A stretch of 32,000 nucleotides of DNA from Vibrio cholerae ATCC 14035 (GCF_000621645.1 NZ_KK211323.1:60001-92000), one strand, 5' to 3'. Shown: positions 18,630 through 27,556, counted from the first letter of the stretch. Numbers and translations are program-made. Notes: generated by a model from the letters alone, not told the origin.

Positions 18630-20111
18630 TTATTGCGTCACCAGCTCTAACGGCTCTGATTCACCGCGGCAGATGCGAGTCAGCTTAGGTGCAATCATGA
18701 AGGTGACGATGGCAATTCCGGCTGTCACATAACCAATTTGCGCAAATACCTCACCATAAATATGCAGTGATTCGGTGGCGCCAGACACATTAGCCGGCGT
18801 TGAAGTCAGGCTAGCGACCCAACCTGCAATGACCGCGGCAGAGGCCGAAGTGAGGAACCACATACCCATTGCAAAACCCATCATACGTTGTGGTACCAAT
18901 TGCGCGACCATCGCTAAACCAAGACCAGAGACTAGGAGTTCACCGATGGATTGGAAAGCATAACTTGCGATAAGCCAGTTTGAGCTAATGATGCCTTGTT
19001 CGTTAGCAAACAAGGTTCCCCAGCTTAATACTAAGAAAGAGAGCGCACATAAAGCCATCCCGAAAGCGAACTTGAAAGGCATCGCCAATTTATCTCCCAG
19101 TTTGCCGTAAGTCGCCGCCAAAATAGGGCTAGCAATCATAATCCAAAACGGGTTGAGCGCTTGAAACTGCTCTGGCGCGACATCAAAACCAAAGATATGG
19201 TGCTCAACGTTATTGATAGCAAAGAAATTCAGTGAAGTTGGCATTTGGAAATAGAGTACGAAAAACACTACACCTTGCAGCATCAAGATGAAGGCAACCA
19301 GCATTTTGGCGCGTTCAATGCCAGACATAGAGAACGCTTCTTTAAAATAACATCCCAGAATAAACAGACCCGCAACAACCAAAATACCGTGTGCTAGGGT
19401 GAGGTTTTGTAGTAAGTAGCTACACACTAGGCTGGCAATGATAGAACCCACGGCGACAAGAACCAGATACATTTTATTCACCGGCATAAGATCGGCTGGA
19501 GAGCCTGTGCCTTTTAACATGCGTAAGCAAAATAGGAAGTTCACCACAGTGATGGCAAGGCCGACTGCACTCACCCCAAATGCCATTCCATAGCCCATCT
19601 TGATTGCTACAAGTGGAGTAATGATCATTGAGAAGAAAGAGCCTAAATTGATCGCCATGTAGTACATGGTGAAAGCACCATCTAAGCGAGGATCATTCTC
19701 TGGGTAAATTTTTGCAAGTAGACTCGAAGGGTTTGCTTTGAACAAGCCGTTACCAACCGTAATAAAGCCCATAGCGATGTAGATTAACGTTGGCCCAACC
19801 AGCGGATGATCTGCGGTGGAGAGTCCAAGCAGAACATAACCAAGCATCATGACAATCGCGCCGAGAGTAATAGCACGTTTTGTTCCAATGACTTTATCGC
19901 CGATCCAACCGCCAATCGCGACAAAGCCGTACACTAACGCTGAAAAGGCACCGAAGAGTACGAAAGAAGCGGACTCATCCATGCCCATAATTTTGACCAT
20001 GTAAACCGTCAGAATGGCTTGCATACCGTAGAAGCCAAATCGTTCCCAAAATTCGATAGAGAAGATCAAATAGAAGGCATTCGGTTGTTTAAAGATATTA
20101 AGGTTGGACAT
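18630..20111 (-). CDS. dtpA: Proton-dependent di-/tripeptide permease (POT family), DtpA-like
   Basis: The start is re-set to the second of two close ATGs (20111), which has AGGA 6 nt upstream. MSNLNIFKQPNAFYLIFSIEFWERFGFYGMQAIL carries the ExxERFxYY POT signature. GNGLFKANPSSLL and NDPRLDGAFTMYYM.IN.GSFFSM match E. coli DtpA closely as I recall it. Confidence 0.92.
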   Translation of the reverse strand: MSNLNIFKQPNAFYLIFSIEFWERFGFYGMQAILTVYMVKIMGMDESASFVLFGAFSALVYGFVAIGGWIGDKVIGTKRAITLGAIVMMLGYVLLGLSTADHPLVGPTLIYIAMGFITVGNGLFKANPSSLLAKIYPENDPRLDGAFTMYYMAINLGSFFSMIITPLVAIKMGYGMAFGVSAVGLAITVVNFLFCLRMLKGTGSPADLMPVNKMYLVLVAVGSIIASLVCSYLLQNLTLAHGILVVAGLFILGCYFKEAFSMSGIERAKMLVAFILMLQGVVFFVLYFQMPTSLNFFAINNVEHHIFGFDVAPEQFQALNPFWIMIASPILAATYGKLGDKLAMPFKFAFGMALCALSFLVLSWGTLFANEQGIISSNWLIASYAFQSIGELLVSGLGLAMVAQLVPQRMMGFAMGMWFLTSASAAVIAGWVASLTSTPANVSGATESLHIYGEVFAQIGYVTAGIAIVTFMIAPKLTRICRGESEPLELVTQ

Positions 20112-20618
20112 AAGCATTCCTGTATCATTGTGCAGTGCAATGGTTGAAGTCTGTTGTGAAGCTCCAACCGTCAAACATTATATTTATTCAACTCATCCAT
20201 GAGAGTTTTTTATTCGGCTGATACCTATACATTCAAAATAAATGATGAGCAATACAGGTTTTCTCAGGATTCAGTTGTAAATAAATGTAACTCAATGAAA
20301 ATCAATAAAACTTCCGAGAAATGAATCGTGATTTTTGTTGCGTAAACTAATTTTTCACAAAAAGGACTTGCCACCAAACTTGGGTGTGAATGCTCCATTT
20401 GATGGGTTTGTTGAATCTATCAATATGATTAATTTGTGGTTTTTATTGTTTTGGTAGGCGATTTCTTACTGGATGTTTGCTTGGAAAATGCACAGATTAA
20501 GCTAATTTATGCATTTAAATCAGGTGCGGGGGACTCAACTCTTTTTACAAGAGTGCATTTCATATTTGCTCTATGGGTGTGGTAGCATGCCGAAAAAGGT
20601 TGGCATAACAGAATATAA

Positions 20619-21116
20619 ATGAAACGTTGGTATCTACTTTACTGCAAACGAGGCGAGCAGCAGCGCGCGAAGATGCACTTAGAAAATCAAAGTGTTGAAT
20701 GCTTCTACCCCGAAGTGTGCGTTGAAAAAATTCTACGTGGTAAGCGGCAAATGGTTCAGGAGCCGTTATTCCCTTCTTATATGTTTGTGCGTTTCGATTT
20801 CGAAAATGGACCTTCATTTACGACCGTACGTTCTACGCGTGGTGTCGTAGATTTTGTCCGCTTGGGGCCTCATCCACGTGAACTGCAAGGCGATTTGATT
20901 TATCAATTGAAACAGCTTGATTGTGAGCAATTGAAGCATGCCACCAAACAATTGCCAGAAAAAGGGCAAACCGTGCGAGTCGCAAGAGGTCAGTTTGCGG
21001 GCATTGAAGCGATTTATTTAGAGCCGGATGGTGATACTCGCTCGATCATGCTGGTGAAGATGATCAGTCAGCAAGTACCAATGAGTATTGAAAATACCGA
21101 TTGGGAAGTCACCTAA
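20619..21116 (+). CDS. rfaH: Transcription antiterminator RfaH (NusG paralog)
   Basis: 165-aa ORF. MKRWYLLYCKRGEQQRAKMHLENQSVECFYP...LRGKR....EPLFPSYMFVRFD...TRGV..FVR.G is collinear with E. coli RfaH as I recall it. A KOW-like C-terminus is present. No obvious SD precedes the ATG. Confidence 0.93.
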   Translation: MKRWYLLYCKRGEQQRAKMHLENQSVECFYPEVCVEKILRGKRQMVQEPLFPSYMFVRFDFENGPSFTTVRSTRGVVDFVRLGPHPRELQGDLIYQLKQLDCEQLKHATKQLPEKGQTVRVARGQFAGIEAIYLEPDGDTRSIMLVKMISQQVPMSIENTDWEVT

Positions 21117-21173
21117 TCTTATCTTTACCGTCTTGATTTTTCTGTTGATGAATCATCGGGTGATGAAAGAATT

Positions 21174-21209
21174 AAAAAGCCAGAATGAGTCATCACTCTG
21201 GCTTTTTTA
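21174..21209 (+). terminator. Rho-independent terminator after rfaH
   Basis: AAAAAGCCAGA-atgagtcatcac-TCTGGCTTTTTT. Confidence 0.85.
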
Positions 21210-21227
21210 ATCACTATACTCGCCCTA

Positions 21228-21276
21228 CTTGAAGCAGCAGCGCTGCTGGCTAGAACTTCAAGTAACTTGGGTATCC
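21228..21276 (+). repeat. Short (~50 bp) internally deleted ERIC derivative forming a compact hairpin
   Basis: In aCTTGAAGcagcagcgctgctggctagaaCTTCAAGTaacttgggtatcc the two ERIC termini pair as an 8-bp stem and enclose a perfect CAGCAGC/GCTGCTG palindrome. The element ends at the base before the asnB stop codon (21277..21279). Confidence 0.7.
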
Positions 21277-22941
21277 TTAGTAGGCTTGTTTGTGGACGGC
21301 TTTCACCGCGCGGCCTGATGGGTCAATACAGTTTTTGAATGACTCATCCCACTCAATCGCTTTGGCTGAAGAGCAAGCGACGGAAGGGCCTCCCGGTACG
21401 CAGCGTGCCGCAGATTCAAGTGGGAATAGCTCCTCAAAAATTTCCCGGTACACATAACCTTCTTTGGTGGTTGGAGTATTGTATGGGAAACGGAATTTCG
21501 CAGTTTCCATTTGTTGATCACTGATCTTAGCTTCTGCGGTAGCTTTTAGCGTATCGATCCAGCCATAACCTACGCCATCAGAAAACTGCTCCTTTTGACG
21601 CCATGCAATCGACTCGGGCAGATAGTGCTCAAAGCACTCACGCAGGATGTGTTTTTCCATTTTGCCATTACCACACATTTTATCGGCTGGGTTGAGGCGC
21701 ATCGCAACATCAATAAATTCTTTATCTAGGAAAGGCACACGACCTTCTACCCCCCATGCTGCCAGCGATTTGTTGGCACGCGCACAGTCAAATAAGTTCA
21801 ACGCCAGCAGTTTGCGTACGGTTTCCTCGTGAAACTCTTTAGCGTTTGGCGCTTTATGGAAGTAGAGATAGCCACCGAAAATTTCGTCTGCTCCCTCACC
21901 GGAAAGCACCATTTTGATGCCCATGGCTTTGATTTTACGCCCCATCAAGAACATGGGAGTAGAAGCACGAATCGTAGTGACATCATAAGTTTCGATGTGG
22001 TAAATCACATCACGAATCGCATCAAGTCCCTCTTGAATGGTGTAAGTCATTTCGTGGTGCACGGTACCAATTTTCTCTGCAACCTCACGTGCGGCTTTAA
22101 GATCTGGAGCCCCTTCTAAGCCGATCGCAAAAGAGTGAAGTTGTGGCCACCATGCCGCACTTTTCTCATCATCTTCAATACGCATTGCGGCAAAACGCTT
22201 CGCAATCGCAGAGGTAATCGAAGAATCCAGCCCCCCAGATAGCAGTACACCGTAAGGAACATCGGTCATCAGTTGACGTTTCACGGCAGCTTCTAAGGCT
22301 TGAGTTAACTCTTCTTTGCTGCTGACGTTATCTTTTACTTCATCAAAACTATTCCAATCACGCACATAGTAGCGTGTCACCGCTTGATCTTTTGAGCTCA
22401 AATAACTGCCAGGAGGAAACTCACTCAATGTTTTACACACAGGAACCAGTGCTTTCATCTCTGACGCTACATAGAAGTTACCGTGTTCATCATGACCCTG
22501 ATAAAGAGGAATGATGCCGATATGGTCGCGTCCAATCAGGTATTCATCTTTCTCTTCATCGTAGAGAACAAAAGCAAAAATACCATTGAGTTCTTCGAGG
22601 AGATCAGCTCCTTTATCGCGGTATAGTGCCAAGATAACTTCACAATCAGAATCGGTTTGGAATTCATATTGACCCTTGTAACGTTCACGAATTTCTTTGT
22701 GGTTATAGATTTCACCATTCACGGCAAGGATGAGCTTACGATCTGGGCTATAAAGAGGCTGTGCGCCACTATTTAAACCCACGATGGCCAGACGCTCATG
22801 GGCCAGAATCGCTTTATCAGAAGCATAGATACCTGACCAGTCTGGACCGCGATGGCGCAGTTTTTTCGACATTTCGAGGGCGATAGGTCTTAGCGTTGCT
22901 GCATCAGTTTTAATGTCTAAGATGCCAAAGATAGAGCACAT
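21277..22941 (-). CDS. asnB: Asparagine synthetase B (glutamine-hydrolysing)
   Basis: 554-aa ORF. MCSIFGILDIK... carries the N-terminal nucleophile Cys2 of the GATase-II domain, and SGGLDSS is the PP-loop. Length and sequence are typical of AsnB. Confidence 0.97.
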   Translation of the reverse strand: MCSIFGILDIKTDAATLRPIALEMSKKLRHRGPDWSGIYASDKAILAHERLAIVGLNSGAQPLYSPDRKLILAVNGEIYNHKEIRERYKGQYEFQTDSDCEVILALYRDKGADLLEELNGIFAFVLYDEEKDEYLIGRDHIGIIPLYQGHDEHGNFYVASEMKALVPVCKTLSEFPPGSYLSSKDQAVTRYYVRDWNSFDEVKDNVSSKEELTQALEAAVKRQLMTDVPYGVLLSGGLDSSITSAIAKRFAAMRIEDDEKSAAWWPQLHSFAIGLEGAPDLKAAREVAEKIGTVHHEMTYTIQEGLDAIRDVIYHIETYDVTTIRASTPMFLMGRKIKAMGIKMVLSGEGADEIFGGYLYFHKAPNAKEFHEETVRKLLALNLFDCARANKSLAAWGVEGRVPFLDKEFIDVAMRLNPADKMCGNGKMEKHILRECFEHYLPESIAWRQKEQFSDGVGYGWIDTLKATAEAKISDQQMETAKFRFPYNTPTTKEGYVYREIFEELFPLESAARCVPGGPSVACSSAKAIEWDESFKNCIDPSGRAVKAVHKQAY

Positions 22942-23099
22942 ATGAATTCCTTTTAAATGTTTTTTAATCTGTTGGACTTAATTTGCCATTCTGATTAAAA
23001 ACTTCAACCCCATGTTGAGTTTTATTTTAAATAAAAAGATTTTGATTGGAAATTTTCTATTTAATCTTCGTGTTGTTTAAATGAGCTTTAAAAAGTGGT

Positions 23100-23134
23100 G
23101 AAAAAAGAAACGATAGGGCGATATTCGCCCTATC
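23100..23134 (-). terminator. Rho-independent terminator after the antiporter gene
   Basis: The minus strand reads GATAGGGCGA-ata-TCGCCCTATC followed by GTTTCTTTTTT. The hairpin starts 2 nt after the stop codon. Confidence 0.8.
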
Positions 23135-23136
23135 TT

Positions 23137-24723
23137 TTAGCGGCGAGTGAAGTTTGGTTTGAGCTGTTCGCATACATGGCGAGCAAAACCAGTACCCGCT
23201 TCACTGTAAATGTTGAATGCTGCGTGAGCACCATGCTCAAGCAAGCTTTCTATCTGATCCGGGTATTCTGCAATGGCTGCGATTTGGCCTTGATAGTGGC
23301 GCTTTTGCAGTTGCTCAAGGGCAATTTGGTTAGCTTGATGGTGAGGCATAGCCAGCAGCACCAGCTTGACTTTGCCGGTATCGAAAATGCGTTCCCAAAA
23401 ATCTGGGTCGGTTGCATCGCCAGAAATCACATTACGGCCTTCTTCACGATGGCTATTGGCCGCCTCTTCACGAATTTCTACCCCAAGGCAGATTTCCCCG
23501 TGACGTGAAGTGAGCTCTTCATAGGCGCCGCGGCCGATACGTCCCATACCTAAGATAAGAACTTGCGCTTCTCCAGGATCAATTAGGCGATCCCTGGTGT
23601 GTAAGGATTCAGCCGCTTGCTCTTTCAGCCATTTGGCCGAACGTTGATAAATGGCATGTCCTTTACGTTCAATCGGAGCGGCTAAGATAAACGATAAGGG
23701 GACGGAAACGGCGAGAGCCACCAGAATGTCACTGTTTATCCAGCCCATTTTGAAAGCAAGTCCACCCACGATCAGGCCAAACTCACTAAAGTTGAATAGG
23801 GATAGCGAGGCCAGTAGTGACGTGCGGACACGGAAATGGAACTGGTGGATGACCCAAAAATACAGCACGCCTTTTATTGGTAGCAGTAACAGGAGCAGTA
23901 GAGCGAGCATAATTCCTGTGGTAGTCGGGTGAGCAGAAAGCCCGATGTTCAGGAAGAAGCAGACTAAAAACAGCTCTTTGAGATTAAATAGTGCTTTCGA
24001 TAATTCAGAGGCTTTGTGGTGGCTGGCGAGCATCATCCCTAAGATCAGTGCTCCAAGATCGGGTTTCATTCCGACGAGCTGGAAGGATCCGGCTCCCACA
24101 ACCAATGCAAAGAAAATCCCAAACAGAACCAACATCTCGCCGTGGCCGACCCAATCCAATAACTCATAAAAGAGCGGACGGAGTAAAGGGAGTACAAATA
24201 AGCCTATCGCATACCATTCTGGGAGTTTGCCGGTCGATGCGGTTAAGAACACCACAGCAAAGATATCTTGCATAACCAGAATACCAATGGCTAAGGTGCC
24301 ATAGGTCGCATTCATTTCCCCTTTTTCTTGCAGCGATTTGACGGCAAATACGGTACTAGAGAAGGATAGGGCAAATCCGATCAAAATGAGTTTATCAAAA
24401 GAAAGATCCGCCAGACTATCGAGCCCTAACTGCTTAAAAATGAGTAAGAGAAGCGTAAACAGTGCGGTAGAGAGCAAGTTATGAATGGTTGACCCTGCCC
24501 AAATCTCTTTGGCGAGTAAAGTTTTGACTTCCAGTTTCAAACCGATAGTAAAAAGGAGTAGGGTTACCCCTAAGTCGGCGAGCAGAGAAAGGGTATCATT
24601 ACTGGTAAATCCGTAGGCATTGAGCGCAAAACCTGCAATCAAAAAACCAACCAGCGGCGGTAAATGGCATTTTAAAGCGATAAAACCTGCTAAAAATGCG
24701 GCAGAAAGAAGTATCAAATCCAT
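23137..24723 (-). CDS. CPA2-family cation:proton antiporter with C-terminal RCK/TrkA-N domain (KefB/YbaL-like)
   Basis: 528-aa ORF with about 11-12 TM helices of the Na/H-exchanger type, followed by a Rossmann motif (VLILGMGRIGRG) and an RCK-like domain. Confidence 0.85.
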   Translation of the reverse strand: MDLILLSAAFLAGFIALKCHLPPLVGFLIAGFALNAYGFTSNDTLSLLADLGVTLLLFTIGLKLEVKTLLAKEIWAGSTIHNLLSTALFTLLLLIFKQLGLDSLADLSFDKLILIGFALSFSSTVFAVKSLQEKGEMNATYGTLAIGILVMQDIFAVVFLTASTGKLPEWYAIGLFVLPLLRPLFYELLDWVGHGEMLVLFGIFFALVVGAGSFQLVGMKPDLGALILGMMLASHHKASELSKALFNLKELFLVCFFLNIGLSAHPTTTGIMLALLLLLLLPIKGVLYFWVIHQFHFRVRTSLLASLSLFNFSEFGLIVGGLAFKMGWINSDILVALAVSVPLSFILAAPIERKGHAIYQRSAKWLKEQAAESLHTRDRLIDPGEAQVLILGMGRIGRGAYEELTSRHGEICLGVEIREEAANSHREEGRNVISGDATDPDFWERIFDTGKVKLVLLAMPHHQANQIALEQLQKRHYQGQIAAIAEYPDQIESLLEHGAHAAFNIYSEAGTGFARHVCEQLKPNFTRR

Positions 24724-24744
24724 GAGCTATATTCTTAATTTAAT

Positions 24745-24777
24745 AATAAAAAAACGGTGGTATAAAAATACCACCGT
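24745..24777 (-). terminator. Rho-independent terminator after nagC
   Basis: The minus strand reads ACGGTGGTAT-tttt-ATACCACCGT followed by TTTTTTATTATT: a perfect 10-bp stem. Confidence 0.85.
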
Positions 24778-24817
24778 CATTATAGGTCAATCGGTTGCGT
24801 AAGCTTAACTAAAAAGC

Positions 24818-26032
24818 TCAGTCTTCAAGCAATTTTTGTAACAGAACCCCATTTAACATCGCACGTTTGATCATAGCAAAAGCGCCCATAGTGGGTTGTT
24901 TGTAGACTTGTGAAGACACAATCGGCAGATGTTGGTGGAACGTTTTCAGTGACTGATTTTCTACGTTGCGTTGAATCGCGGGGAACACGATCTCTTTGGC
25001 GGCGGTGATTTGCCCAGCAATCACGATCTTTTGTGGGTTGAATAGGTTTACGGTAATCGCAATCGCCTTACCCAACTGATTACCTACACGAACCAACGCT
25101 TGTTTCGCCAGTTCATCCCCAGCATTTGCGTGCTCACAGACATCATCAATCGTAATCGTATCGAGAGTAGAGAGCGAAGATTCATACCCCTGAGCGATCA
25201 GTTTTTGCACACGAGAAGTGATAGCAGGGTTGGTCGCAACGGTTTCTAGACAACCAAAGTTGCCACATTGACATTGCTCACCAAGAGGGTCGATTTGGAT
25301 GTGGCCAATTTCACCGACGTTGCGGTTATAGCCTAAGAAGACTTGACCGTTAACGATAATCCCTGCACCTGTGCCACGGTGTACACTGACTAGTATGGAG
25401 TCTTGGCAATCTTGGCTTGCTCCGAAATAGTGCTCCGCTAAGGCAATACCACGAACGTCGTTACCCACAAAACATTCAACATGGAACTCATCACGAATGG
25501 TTGCGCCGAGAGGTAATTCATTGATCGCGACATTAGGCATGTACTCAACAACACCTGTTTCTGGGTTCACCAAACCGGGTAAGGCCACACCAATCGCAAT
25601 CAACTGATCAATTAATGCGGTGTGTTGTTGAATAAATTGTTTGATCTGTTTAATCAGGCTCGACATCAACACGTCTTGCGTGTTGTAGTGAAATTCATGA
25701 TGCTCATCAACCAGTGAGTTTCCACCTAGGTCATAGAGGCTGAGTTGAATATAGTCACGTCCGATACGCACGGCAATAGAGTGGAACGGCTTGACTTCTG
25801 TGGTCAGCGAAATGGCTCGCCGACCACCTGTAGAAGCTTGTTGCGCGACTTCTTTGATTAATCCACGTTCAAGCAATTGGCGGGTAATCTTGGTAACACT
25901 GGCCGGAGCCAGTTGGCTTACATCAGCGACTTGAATCCGACTGATTGGGCCTTGTTGGTCAATCAAGCGGTAAACCGCCGCACTGTTTAGCTGTTTAACT
26001 AAATCTACGTTACCAATCTGTCCGCCATTCAT
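24818..26032 (-). CDS. nagC: ROK-family N-acetylglucosamine repressor NagC
   Basis: The start is re-set to the ATG at 26032, 2 nt after the nagA stop. The track start at 26038 is a TTG. MNGGQIGNVDLVKQLNSAAVYRLIDQQGPISRIQVADVSQLAPASVTKITRQLLERGLIKEV.QQASTGGRRAISL is nearly identical in pattern to E. coli NagC as I recall it. The Zn motif is GHIQIDPLGEQCQCGNFGCLET. Confidence 0.96.
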   Translation of the reverse strand: MNGGQIGNVDLVKQLNSAAVYRLIDQQGPISRIQVADVSQLAPASVTKITRQLLERGLIKEVAQQASTGGRRAISLTTEVKPFHSIAVRIGRDYIQLSLYDLGGNSLVDEHHEFHYNTQDVLMSSLIKQIKQFIQQHTALIDQLIAIGVALPGLVNPETGVVEYMPNVAINELPLGATIRDEFHVECFVGNDVRGIALAEHYFGASQDCQDSILVSVHRGTGAGIIVNGQVFLGYNRNVGEIGHIQIDPLGEQCQCGNFGCLETVATNPAITSRVQKLIAQGYESSLSTLDTITIDDVCEHANAGDELAKQALVRVGNQLGKAIAITVNLFNPQKIVIAGQITAAKEIVFPAIQRNVENQSLKTFHQHLPIVSSQVYKQPTMGAFAMIKRAMLNGVLLQKLLED

Positions 26033-26034
26033 TA

Positions 26035-27171
26035 TCAATTCTGCTCGTATTGTCCGTTAACTACCGTCGCTTTTACGTTGAAGTCACGATCAAAAACAGT
26101 CAGGTTGGCGATCATACCTTTCTTGATACGACCGAGTTTCTCATCAACACCGATTGCTTTCGCTGGATACAGAGTAGCCATTCGCAGAGCTTCATCTAAA
26201 GCGATACCGACATGCTCAACCGTATTTTGAACTGCTTCAATCATTGTTAGGGCTGAACCGCCAAGCGTGCCATTTTCATCAACACATTTGCCATCTCGGT
26301 AATATACTTTCTTACCGACAAAAATAAAGTAATCCATTTCAGCGCCTGCAGGAGCTGTGGCATCGGTCACTAATACGAGCTTTTCACCCTTAATTTTGTG
26401 GGCAATTCGGATGTTTGCGTAATCAACATGGAAGCCATCGGCGATGATGCCCGCATACACCTCAGGTGTATCATAAATCGCCCCGACCACTCCTGGTTCA
26501 CGACCTACCATCGGGGTCATTGCGTTAAAGAGGTGGGTCGCAAAGGTAATGCCGGATTCAAAGCTTTTACGTGCTTCGCTATAGGTCGCGTTTGTGTGTC
26601 CAATGGAAACAACAATTCCCGCTTTAACCAGCTTCTCAATATGTTCAGGCTTATTATTTTCTGGCGCGAGAGTGACTTTGGCGATCACATCACTATTGGC
26701 ACAAATCGTATCAATCATCGTATCGTCAGAGGGGCGGATGAAGTCAACGCTGTGGATCCCTTTTTTCATGACATTCAGATAAGGCCCTTCTAAATGAAGA
26801 CCAAGCGATTGATTTGGGTATTTAGCCTGATATTCGCGAGCGGCGGCAATTGCTTGGCGCATGTTCTCATCGGAAGAAGTGATCAGCGTTGGAAGGAAGC
26901 TGGTACAGCCCGATTTAAGGTTAGCTTTGTGCATGGTATCGATGGTTTCCGCTGTGATTTCATCATTGAACATCACACCACCACAGCCATTCAGCTGTAA
27001 ATCGATAAAACCAGGGCTGAGGTTTGCACCGTTTAGGTCGACCACATTCATCTCAGATGGAAGAGATTCGATAGGGCAAACGGCTTCAATTTTGTCACCG
27101 TTGATGATTACCGCATGTTTCACAAGCACATCATTGCCTGTGTAGATTTTGCAGTTCGTTAGCGCATACAT
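26035..27171 (-). CDS. nagA: N-acetylglucosamine-6-phosphate deacetylase NagA
   Basis: 378-aa ORF of the amidohydrolase fold ([12 protein letters not shown]..., [38 protein letters not shown]). It forms the nagA-nagC operon divergent from nagE. Confidence 0.96.
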
Positions 27172-27449
27172 AATCAGCTAATCCTCTTGTCGATATTTTT
27201 AGATTCATTTTAGCGACTCACCGAGGTTACAGCCAAAGCGCAAGCTGCTTCACTTCAATCAGGTCGCGAATTATCTTTTGTGCAAAAGGCCACAGCAACT
27301 GCGGCTAAAAATAAGTCATTGGTCAATCCACTCTTCGCGGTGTTTAACCTAAGGGCATTAAGAGAAATGCACTATGTTAACGAGTGTAACACGGTGACTG
27401 TCTGACCAACAAACGCTGTAATATTAGCGTCCAAAAGTTGTTTTTTTAC

Positions 27450-27471
27450 ATCATAAAATAAGTTTTATGAT
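27450..27471. promoter_or_regulatory. Perfect 9+9 palindrome overlapping a predicted nagA-side promoter (operator candidate)
   Basis: ATCATAAAA-taag-TTTTATGAT. On the minus strand its outer half-site is a TATGAT -10 box (27455..27450). A TAGCCA -35 (27478..27473) lies 17 nt upstream. Confidence 0.45.
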
Positions 27472-27503
27472 CTGGCTAGCAAAATCATTTCGTTCTTAGA
27501 ACC

Positions 27504-27525
27504 ACGGGTGATTAGGATCACAAAT
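27504..27525. promoter_or_regulatory. CRP (cAMP receptor protein) binding site
   Basis: acgGGTGAttaggaTCACAaat against the consensus aaaTGTGAtctagaTCACAttt: 9 of 10 core positions match, with correct 6-nt spacing. It sits centrally in the divergent nagA/nagE control region, as the CAP site does in E. coli nagE-nagB. Confidence 0.7.
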
Positions 27526-27534
27526 GATGAGGTT

Positions 27535-27556
27535 TTAATTTGCGGAGCAAAATTAA
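27535..27556. promoter_or_regulatory. NagC-type operator candidate at the nagE promoter
   Basis: TTAATTTGC-gga-GCAAAATTAA is an AT-rich inverted repeat. It has the TT-N9-AA spacing I recall as invariant in NagC/Mlc operators and lies about 85-105 nt upstream of the nagE start codon. Confidence 0.5.

Noticed and set aside
20560-20817. 85-aa minus-strand ORF overlapping the rfaH start
   Set aside because: It is antisense to the conserved RfaH N-terminus and has no translation signals.
23095-24802. Several 60-137-aa plus-strand ORFs antisense to the CPA2 antiporter gene
   Set aside because: They are shadow frames of a TM-rich gene. The first one starts inside the antiporter terminator, and none has an RBS.
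27172-27449. Idea that the long nagA leader is a decayed nagB gene (nagB occupies this position in E. coli)
   Set aside because: Hand translation of all three minus-strand frames gives only short stop-interrupted peptides with nothing resembling NagB as I recall it. It is kept only as a check (tblastx) under the leader finding.
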